Positions 33,370 through 40,174 of a stretch of 64,000 nucleotides of DNA are shown here, in pieces. The position numbers and the translations under genes were made by a program. Below the pieces are notes generated by a model. It was not told the DNA's origin, searched no databases, and was given only the letters and a program-made list of their open reading frames with translations. Position 1 is the first letter of the stretch. Every line of letters starts with the position of its first letter. Origin of the DNA: Candidatus Spyradenecus sp. (GTDB lineage Bacteria > Verrucomicrobiota > Kiritimatiellia > RFP12 > DVOR01); the NCBI GenBank assembly GCA_045605345.1, contig JAZUPT010000013.1, forward strand, positions 802 to 64,801. The letters run 5' to 3'.

Positions 33370-33888
33370 ATGAAGAAGAAAATGCTATTTGCTGTGCTTG
33401 CGGGGGTGATGATTGCCATAGGATGGTTGGTCGTTGCCAAGATGAACAAGAATCCAACCAGTGAAAAGGAGAAGAAAATGAACGAGGAAAGACCTCAACT
33501 GTCAAAAGAGTGTTCCAGATTGCTTGACGTCTCGATAGAAAGCAATGTTCCTATCGTCCTTGACATGGGCGAGGACTTCTGTCCGACGCTTTATGTGACC
33601 GAAGGCGAGCGCGGCACGTTCTACAATCTGGCTGGTTTTGCGTCTATTGAGGAGCTTCGCGCCAAATCAAAGGAGGTGTTGGCTAACATGGCCTCCGTCA
33701 AGGCCTATCTCCTGGCATACGCACCGGCCTGTGAGATGGGGGGCGCCCGCAAGGTTCTGCTAGTCATGGAAACTGCTGACAGGAGCGATGCCAATGCGAC
33801 AGTGGTGGCGGTTGTCTGCGATGTCGATAAGAAACAGTCTGAGGATGGGCTGAAGCTGCTGCCCCAGGCCGATTCGCTCTTCAAGTAG
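33370..33888 (+). CDS. hypothetical exported/membrane-anchored protein (172 aa)
   Basis: Good SD. N-terminal MKKKMLFAVLAGVMIAIGWLVVA hydrophobic anchor. I recognised no motif. Confidence 0.5.
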   Translation: MKKKMLFAVLAGVMIAIGWLVVAKMNKNPTSEKEKKMNEERPQLSKECSRLLDVSIESNVPIVLDMGEDFCPTLYVTEGERGTFYNLAGFASIEELRAKSKEVLANMASVKAYLLAYAPACEMGGARKVLLVMETADRSDANATVVAVVCDVDKKQSEDGLKLLPQADSLFK

Positions 33889-33947
33889 TGCAAGTTATGG
33901 TGATGTGCAGACGATGGATGTTGAAGCGCAAGAAAGGAGCTAACGAA

Positions 33948-34013
33948 ATGAATACGCGGATGATGTTTGCGCGGGTCGTCGCGGGAGATTTTAGACAGGA
34001 TTTACAAGATTGA
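33948..34013 (+). CDS. 21-codon ORF MNTRMMFARVVAGDFRQDLQD with strong SD (speculative)
   Basis: AAAGGAG lies 8 nt upstream of ATG 33948, with TGA at 34011-34013. There is no other support. Confidence 0.15.
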   Translation: MNTRMMFARVVAGDFRQDLQD

Positions 34014-34021
34014 CAGGATTA

Positions 34022-34197
34022 ATATGAATTTATCCCGCTTTTGTACTAATTTTAGAGAAATGCAATAGTACAAAATGCATAACCTCATACTAATTTTTTG
34101 GAATGCAATTTAGCCCCGAAATAAGCTATTAGAAATCAATTACATATGAATGCAAATGCGGCTCCCCAAAATAGTACAATCATCTGAAAAAATGATA
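34022..34197 (+). repeat. repeat R2, copy b (176 bp)
   Basis: Near-identical to 33113-33287. Confidence 0.8.
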
Positions 34198-34248
34198 AAC
34201 TTAAGTTGGTTTCAACAATGATCTCATTCTTATTTAACTTTGATATCA

Positions 34249-34466
34249 TTTCACTTCTTCAGAGCTTCGTACTATTTTCTAGAATTTTCTAGATAGGTCT
34301 AAAAAGTCCCCGGCCAAAAATTGTACTGTTTAAATTTTGCATGAATCGTACAAGTTGTACTGTTTTTGCTCCTAATGCTACCAGCCTAAAATATTCAAAA
34401 TGAGTTATTGTAAATGAATAAGTTATGGCTCTGCAAATAGAGTACAAAGTATTGAAGAAGTGAAAT
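34249..34466 (+). repeat. MITE-like repeat R1, copy b (218 bp)
   Basis: Termini TTTCACTTCTTC/GAAGAAGTGAAA are again 12/12 complementary. Relative to copy a, the T>C change in the left arm is matched by A>G in the right arm. Confidence 0.75.
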
Positions 34467-34566
34467 CTTTTGTCAAATATTTCACTTTAAATCCATTGCA
34501 ATGGCGAACCATGTAGTATTCCCCATAGTGATTCTTGCAAGTGTTTAGATTAAAGCGGGGATTGAG

Positions 34567-35802
34567 TTATTCCTTCCAGCCTAAAATTCTATAGAATTTT
34601 GGAAGCTTCCCAGTGTCAGCGAAGTTGATATATGGTGTGGCGACTGACGCAGGAATCGGCGTTTCTTCACAAGGACATTTTGCGAGTTCTGAACCTTGGG
34701 CCAACATAAGACACTTTCCTCGTGGACGGCGGAGGGTTTGCTGCATCTCTGTAAGCGCATGAGAGAGCGAGGTTTGTTGTAAATTGCCAAATGAAATTGG
34801 GGTGAAATCGCATGGTTGTAGATTGCCAAGCATATCTACATAAAAATGCTGAAAACCTGCGCCACATCCATACCGATCTGCATCTTCAATGAAGGCGAAA
34901 GAGGAGACTTTGGTTGCAGAGGGGATGTGATTCGAAGTGCAGTGAATAGATTTTAGCCAATCATGCTGTTGGGCAGAAATCCTCCAAGCATCTTCACCTA
35001 AAAGTCTACCACACGGCATTGGTTCTAAAAGGCGAACCTCATGCACGCCTAATGCTTTAGTAAAGTCGAGATAGCGCTGCATCCAAGAGGGGTCGCAACG
35101 ATCTTTTGTGGCAACGATTTGGGTCATGGTGTAAAGACCCGCTCGTTGAAGGCAATCAATCGCCTTGAGCGCAGTTTTGAAGGCGCCCTTGATGCCTCTT
35201 CCTCGGTCATGTTCGTCTGCATCAAAAGAGTCTAAACTGACGGCGGCGCCGAAGAGCCCTGCAGCTTTTAATGCGCGTGCTCGATCCTCGGTAAGACCAT
35301 CTCCTGCGGTAAAAAGAAATGTGATTGAGCGTTCATCTACACTTGCGATAAGTTCTTCTAACCGTTCACATAAGAGGGGCTCACCACCTGTAAAACCAAG
35401 AATGGCAACGCCGAGGTCTTGCGCTTCACGAAGGATTCGCTTCCAAACGTCTACCGTTAAGGCTTTGCCTTTTCGCCCCACCTTGCTACAGTGAGGGCAA
35501 TTATAACGGCACGCATCGGTAATTGCGAAGTAGGCTGAGACTGGAGTAATGAGTTTGGTGGACTGTTGAGCATCGCGAAGCTGGGCAACTTTACTTGCGA
35601 GTCCTGCAAAAGCGGGAGAGGGGAAGGGCGGCAGAAAAGAATTGACGACATAACGCCCTTCGTGTTTGACAAGTTTTTCGGAGGAGAGGAGGCGATTCAT
35701 AGCAAGAAGTTGTCGCCATGAAAGGTGTTGATAGCCTTCGTAACGCAGGGTTTTACTCAATGCTAAAAGGCGTTTCATGCCTACGACATATTGCGGTTTC
35801 AT
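34567..35802 (-). CDS. radical SAM enzyme with C-terminal SPASM/twitch-like Cys cluster
   Basis: CxxxCxxC in ITDACRYNCPHCSKVG, and GGEPLL. C-terminal CGAGFQHFYVDMLGNLQPC plus GKC...AKCPC. I prefer ATG 35802 (MKPQYVV), which forms an ATGA overlap with the methyltransferase stop; the track start at 35823 is TTG. Confidence 0.75.
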   Translation of the reverse strand: MKPQYVVGMKRLLALSKTLRYEGYQHLSWRQLLAMNRLLSSEKLVKHEGRYVVNSFLPPFPSPAFAGLASKVAQLRDAQQSTKLITPVSAYFAITDACRYNCPHCSKVGRKGKALTVDVWKRILREAQDLGVAILGFTGGEPLLCERLEELIASVDERSITFLFTAGDGLTEDRARALKAAGLFGAAVSLDSFDADEHDRGRGIKGAFKTALKAIDCLQRAGLYTMTQIVATKDRCDPSWMQRYLDFTKALGVHEVRLLEPMPCGRLLGEDAWRISAQQHDWLKSIHCTSNHIPSATKVSSFAFIEDADRYGCGAGFQHFYVDMLGNLQPCDFTPISFGNLQQTSLSHALTEMQQTLRRPRGKCLMLAQGSELAKCPCEETPIPASVATPYINFADTGKLPKFYRILGWKE

Positions 35803-36680
35803 GGCTTTACTCCTTTTGCCCAAGCGTAACGATGCTCGATTTTCAAACCATCAGGTTTAAGATCGCGTTCGATAAATTGAATGAATGCAGTATCACATGC
35901 ATCACGCATTGTGGGAGCCATCGCTTGGTCAAATCCAGCAGATACACCTGTTTGTAATGACCACTCTAAAACTGCTCGCCCATTCGCAAAAGGCAATGCT
36001 TCGGCGCCCTCTCCATTACAAATCTTGACAAACCCACAGCACTGCAAAAGGCGTTGCAGCGAATGCGCATTTTTGGGAAGATTGAGGTGTAAATCCATAA
36101 GCGCCATGAGCGCATGCGGATATTCCATTGCCACACGAAAGGCGGCATTGCGTATTTGCAACCACGTGTCTCGCTTATTTTCAAGAATTAAGAAGAGCCC
36201 ACCTTGTTTTAACTTACGATAAACGAGGCGTGTTAATCGTTTTGGTTTAACATAACCAATAGCCCATGCACAACTGACGATATCGAGAGAATTGTCGGGT
36301 AACTGAGCAAGTCTTTCTTCCATTTCGCCATGCAATAACTGTGCTGTTGGACAGCGTTTGGAAGCCTCGCGCAACATCCCTGCAGATTGGTCGATGCCGA
36401 TTAACTCTGCTTCAGGGTAATGCTCTGCCCAAGTTGCCAAAAGAGCACCCGTTCCACAAGCGAGATCAAGGATACGAGCCTTTTGGGGAAGGTCTTCGAC
36501 GCATGCAATGAGAGCATCTGAATGTGCTTTGGCATGAGCCGAAAAATGGGTGTCGTAGCCTACACTAATTCGGTCATAATCAGCCGCAATTGCCGATTGA
36601 GAAACATAGGTCTTTTTTAATAAAAGCGTACAGACGCGAAGAAGTGTTCGAATTGGTTTTGCACCCATAAAGAGAGTCAT
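35799..36680 (-). CDS. class I SAM-dependent methyltransferase
   Basis: Motif I ILDLACGTGALL, post-I IGIDQS, and LDIVSCAWAIGYV; 293 aa. Confidence 0.75.
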   Translation of the reverse strand: MTLFMGAKPIRTLLRVCTLLLKKTYVSQSAIAADYDRISVGYDTHFSAHAKAHSDALIACVEDLPQKARILDLACGTGALLATWAEHYPEAELIGIDQSAGMLREASKRCPTAQLLHGEMEERLAQLPDNSLDIVSCAWAIGYVKPKRLTRLVYRKLKQGGLFLILENKRDTWLQIRNAAFRVAMEYPHALMALMDLHLNLPKNAHSLQRLLQCCGFVKICNGEGAEALPFANGRAVLEWSLQTGVSAGFDQAMAPTMRDACDTAFIQFIERDLKPDGLKIEHRYAWAKGVKP

Positions 36681-36697
36681 CCTCGTTGCAATTTCAA

Positions 36698-36931
36698 TTA
36701 TATTCTATAGGATTTCGAAAATTGGTGCAAGACGTGAGCATATAGCAATAATGCAGCTGATGGTTTAGTACAACTTTGGTGGTAGATGTGTACAAAAGGG
36801 AAGGGCGTAATAGCATGCAAAAAGGTGATAGTGGCGGAGAGGCGTAATGTTTTACAGAGGTTTTTACTATGAGTAGCTATTTCGCTTTTACCTATTTGGG
36901 TAGTCTTGAAGAATAAACCCAATGATTTCAC
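36698..36931 (-). CDS. 77-codon ORF immediately upstream of the methyltransferase (speculative; possible precursor/leader)
   Basis: Co-directional and ends 18 nt before ATG 36680. The GTG start lies inside the left terminus of R1c with GAAGGG 8 nt upstream. AT-rich, with no internal Met and no recognisable motif. Confidence 0.2.
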   Translation of the reverse strand: MKSLGLFFKTTQIGKSEIATHSKNLCKTLRLSATITFLHAITPFPFVHIYHQSCTKPSAALLLYAHVLHQFSKSYRI

Positions 36932-37141
36932 TTTTTCGGCCCTTCGTACTATTTTCTAAAGTTTTCTAAATAGGGCTAAAAAGTTTCGGACAAAAATTGT
37001 ACTATTTAAATTCTGTATGAATGGTACAGACTGTACTGATTTTAAGCCAAATGCTACCAGCCTAAAATATTCAAAATGAGTTATTGTAAATGAATAACTT
37101 ACGGCACGGCAAATATAGTACAAAGTATTGAAGAAATGAAA
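36926..37141 (+). repeat. MITE-like repeat R1, copy c (216 bp)
   Basis: Termini are TTTCACTTTTTC/GAAGAAATGAAA (10/12 complementary). Colinear with R1a and R1b. Confidence 0.75.
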
Positions 37142-37601
37142 TATTAAGGTAAAAGAAAGAGAAAAGTGAGGGGGAAGAAGTGAGGAGAAAGGAGAGAGGG
37201 CGCGGGGAGGAGAGGTGGGGGCGGCGTCGCCCCCACGTCATCCCATCTATCCCTTTTCTCCTTTTTCCCCTTCAAAATCCCTTACGCAGGTTTATCACTT
37301 TTTTGAAAATTTTAGCGAATTTTCGCCTGTTGAAAACTTTTTTGAGTTATCAACAAGTTATCAACAATACACGTTTTTCAATGCAGTTTTTTGAAAATCC
37401 TTCGGCGAATCGGCCCATTTTAGGCACTTTTGCTCAACTTTGCTAAAACTGCATAACTCCTTGAGAAATAAGGAGATAAAGCAAAAATAGGGGTAAATCA
37501 ACTCCGCTACAGCGGCTTCCTTGCGAAAATTTGGGGTAGAAGTGGTAGAAAAGTTATCAACAATTGGGAGCTTTTTGGGGAAAGCTAAAGGAATTCCGGG
37601 T

Positions 37602-37662
37602 CAATATGGGCGAAATTGAGTTGCAATATGGGCGAAATTGATGAGTAAAATGGGCGAAATTG
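37602..37662 (+). repeat. 22/23-bp periodic iterons CAATATGGGCGAAATTG (3 copies)
   Basis: Read directly. The last copy pairs with TCGCCCAT (37674-37681), followed by TTTT. Confidence 0.6.
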
Positions 37663-37760
37663 GGTAGGCAAAGTCGCCCATTTTCCCAAGGGAAAACCGC
37701 CTACTTTCCGCGGGATTTTAACTGACTTGCCTCAGCGGAGTTGACGACGTTTCTCCGTTT

Positions 37761-37792
37761 TGCTACACTTTTAGTGTGCGTAGAGAGAAGGG
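37761..37792 (+). promoter_or_regulatory. 32-nt conserved motif TGCTACACT-TTT-AGTGTGCGTAGAGAGAAGGG, copy b
   Basis: See 21258-21289. Lies 159 nt upstream of the argC ATG. Confidence 0.5.
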
Positions 37793-37906
37793 ATTTTTGT
37801 CTAAGATGAAGAATCGTACGCTGAGGTGAAAAGGGGGGCGCCATCTCGAATTGCGAACATTTCAGAAGGGGAGCGTATTTTGGGTCTATATTTATTAATG
37901 TAAATG

Positions 37907-37915
37907 TGATACAAT
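37907..37915 (+). promoter_or_regulatory. extended -10 element TGATACAAT (argC proximal promoter)
   Basis: Lies 36 nt upstream of ATG 37951 and is followed by TCGCGCG, as in the tyrS and leuS elements. Confidence 0.45.
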
Positions 37916-37950
37916 TCGCGCGATTAATTTTATTGGAAAGAAGTTCCCTT

Positions 37951-39006
37951 ATGGTGAAAGTTAAGATTGTCGGCGCGACCGGTTACGGCGGCATTGGTTT
38001 GATTGAATTGCTCGGGCGTCACCCGGAAGCAGAAATTACGGCTTTGGTGGCGCGTGAGGATGTTGGTAAGCGCGTCTCTGACATTTATCCGCATTTGGCG
38101 GGGTTCTGTGATTTGCCGATTTTGGACGCGGCGGATCCTCAGGCACAGGCTCCTGCAGACATTGTGGTGTTTTCAACGCCTGACCGCGTGGGCATGTTTG
38201 AGGCGCCGGGTGTTTTGAGCCAGGGCGCAAAGGTTTTAGACTTCTCGGGTGACTTCCGCTTCACGACACAAGAAGCCTATGCGGATTACGCCACGCGTCA
38301 TGGGAAAGAACCCGAACATGCGTCTCCAGATCTCTTGGGGCAGAATGCGTATGGTTTGGCAGAGTTGCACCGTGCAGAGATTGCTGCGGCACCTGTGGTG
38401 GGTAATCCGGGGTGTTTTGCGTGTAGTTGCATTCTTGGCTTAGCACCTGCGGCGAAGGCGCGTTTGTTCAACCCCTACAGCGTGATTTGCGACTGTAAGA
38501 CGGGGGTCTCGGGCGCAGGCAAGAAGTTGGCCGCGACCTTCCACTATCCGGCGCGCTATGAGAACATGAATGCGTATAAGCTCGCTGGCCATCAGCACGT
38601 GTGCGAGGTGGAACGTGAGCTCTCCTTGCAGTATGGCGCAGATGTCCGCTTGACCTTTACGGCGCATGTGTTGCCGCTTTGCCGCGGCATTATGAGCACG
38701 CTGTACGCTCAGATGGATGCAGTGCACACGGAAGAGGAATTGGTGGAACTCTACAAGGCCTTCTACAAGGATTCTCCGTTTGTGCGCGTGTACGGTTCGA
38801 AGGCGGCGATTGGCACCAATAGCGTGCAGCGCACGAACTTCTGCAACTTGGTGGTTAGCGTGGATCCTCGCGTCAATCGTCTGCGCGTGGTCTCTTACAT
38901 CGACAACTTGATGAAGGGGCAGGCAGGCTCTGCAGTGCAGAATATCAACCTGATGAGCGGCTTGCCTGAAGCAACTGGCCTGCTCTATTCTGGTTTGTAT
39001 CCGTAA
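37951..39006 (+). CDS. argC: N-acetyl-gamma-glutamyl-phosphate reductase
   Basis: MVKVKIVGATGYGG Rossmann start and active-site GNPGCFACSCILGLAP. The track start at 37906 lies inside the promoter element. Confidence 0.9.
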   Translation: MVKVKIVGATGYGGIGLIELLGRHPEAEITALVAREDVGKRVSDIYPHLAGFCDLPILDAADPQAQAPADIVVFSTPDRVGMFEAPGVLSQGAKVLDFSGDFRFTTQEAYADYATRHGKEPEHASPDLLGQNAYGLAELHRAEIAAAPVVGNPGCFACSCILGLAPAAKARLFNPYSVICDCKTGVSGAGKKLAATFHYPARYENMNAYKLAGHQHVCEVERELSLQYGADVRLTFTAHVLPLCRGIMSTLYAQMDAVHTEEELVELYKAFYKDSPFVRVYGSKAAIGTNSVQRTNFCNLVVSVDPRVNRLRVVSYIDNLMKGQAGSAVQNINLMSGLPEATGLLYSGLYP

Positions 39007-39059
39007 GGATTTGCCTCGTATTGATTTGTTTTACCCCTTGCGATTAGATAGGTTACCTC

Positions 39060-40157
39060 ATGAAGAAGACAGCCTCAACTGCGAAAAAGACTCCCGCACC
39101 TGCAAAGAAACCTGCCCCTGCTGCCAAGCAGACGAAAGAACCCGCAAAGAAGACCTCGGTGAAGAAGCCTGAAACAACGCCTGTGGCGGCCAAGGCGGTC
39201 GCGCCGCATCGTGGTTTGGGGCGAGGTCTTTCGGCATTGATTGATGCACCTGTGACGCAACAACGTCCGGGCGTGCCGGTGATTCCGAAGCCTGCGGTGA
39301 CGCCGGTGATTCCGCAGATTCCTGTGGTGAATGAACGCATTGAGGGAAGTGTCTTGACGGTGCCGGTGACGGAGATTGAACGTTCTCCCTGGCAGCCGCG
39401 TCAGACCTTTGATGATGCTGCGCTTCATGAATTGGCAGATTCGATTAAGGCCAATGGCATCATTCAGCCGCTCGTTTGCCGTAAGTTGGAGAATGGTCGC
39501 TTTGAATTAATCGGCGGTGAACGTCGTTTGCGCGCATCGATTCTCGCAGGTTTGACGCGAGTGCCGTTGATCCTCGTCGAGGCAGAGGATCGTAAGGCGG
39601 CAGAGATGGCAATCGTTGAGAACATTCAGCGCGCCGATCTCAATGCGATTGAAGAGGCTGAAGGCTATCGTACGCTCGCAGAAAAGTTTAGTTTGACGCA
39701 GAGTGAAGTGGCAGAACGCGTGGGTAAGGCTCGTCCTTCGGTGGCGAATGCCCTGCGTTTGTTGGAACTCCCTGATGAAACCAAGGCGATGGTGGCCGAT
39801 GGTCGCCTCTCGGCGGGCCACGCAAAGGCATTGCTCGGCTTGGCTCGTACGGAAGATCGCATTCGTTTGGGTCGCCGTGCAGTGGCAGAAAATCTGACCG
39901 TGCGTGCGGTGGAACGCGCCGTGATGCTCGTGAATACGCCGCCACCCGTGCGTCAACCCGCGCGTGATGATTTGCCGCCAGAATATCTGCGTGACCTCAC
40001 GGATCGTCTGCATGCCTTCTTTGGTACGGCGGTGCGTTTGACCTCGGGTAAGACGCTTGCCAATGGCCGTCACATGAAGGGCGTCCTGGAAGTTGATTTT
40101 TACAACAACGATGATTTGGATCGCATCCTGACGTTGTTGGGCATCTCGATTGACTAA
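39060..40157 (+). CDS. parB: chromosome partitioning protein ParB with Lys/Ala/Pro-rich N-terminal extension
   Basis: GLGRGLSALI, GIIQPLVCRK...ELIGGERRLRAS and VENIQRADLNAIEEAEGY. The first ~50 aa are AKKP-type low complexity. Confidence 0.85.
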   Translation: MKKTASTAKKTPAPAKKPAPAAKQTKEPAKKTSVKKPETTPVAAKAVAPHRGLGRGLSALIDAPVTQQRPGVPVIPKPAVTPVIPQIPVVNERIEGSVLTVPVTEIERSPWQPRQTFDDAALHELADSIKANGIIQPLVCRKLENGRFELIGGERRLRASILAGLTRVPLILVEAEDRKAAEMAIVENIQRADLNAIEEAEGYRTLAEKFSLTQSEVAERVGKARPSVANALRLLELPDETKAMVADGRLSAGHAKALLGLARTEDRIRLGRRAVAENLTVRAVERAVMLVNTPPPVRQPARDDLPPEYLRDLTDRLHAFFGTAVRLTSGKTLANGRHMKGVLEVDFYNNDDLDRILTLLGISID

Positions 40158-40174
40158 TTGAAATTGTCGCTCAC

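Larger units (their letters stand above)
32824..37141. mobile_element. composite, non-autonomous transposon-like insertion (no transposase) carrying the radical SAM/methyltransferase operon
   Basis: The outer termini TTTCATTTCTTC (32824-32835) and GAAGAAATGAAA (37130-37141) are perfect inverted repeats. The identical heptamer TATTAAG flanks both ends (32817-32823, 37142-37148). The interior is AT-rich and built from repeat units R1/R2. Confidence 0.55.
37219..37792 (+). repeat. dispersed non-coding repeat, copy 2 (partner at 20630-21290)
   Basis: Same order of blocks as copy 1. The hairpin GTGGGGGCG-gcgt-CGCCCCCAC is perfect here. TTATCAACA at 37347-37355, 37358-37366 and 37554-37562. Iterons at 37602-37618, 37624-37640 and 37647-37662. 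The terminal 32-nt motif is at 37761-37792. Confidence 0.85.

Noticed and set aside
37498-37744. 10-bp inverted repeat TCAACTCCGC / GCGGAGTTGA within repeat copy 2
   Set aside because: It is a single 10-bp match ~230 nt apart within ~600 bp, which is plausibly chance, and it is not reproduced in copy 1.
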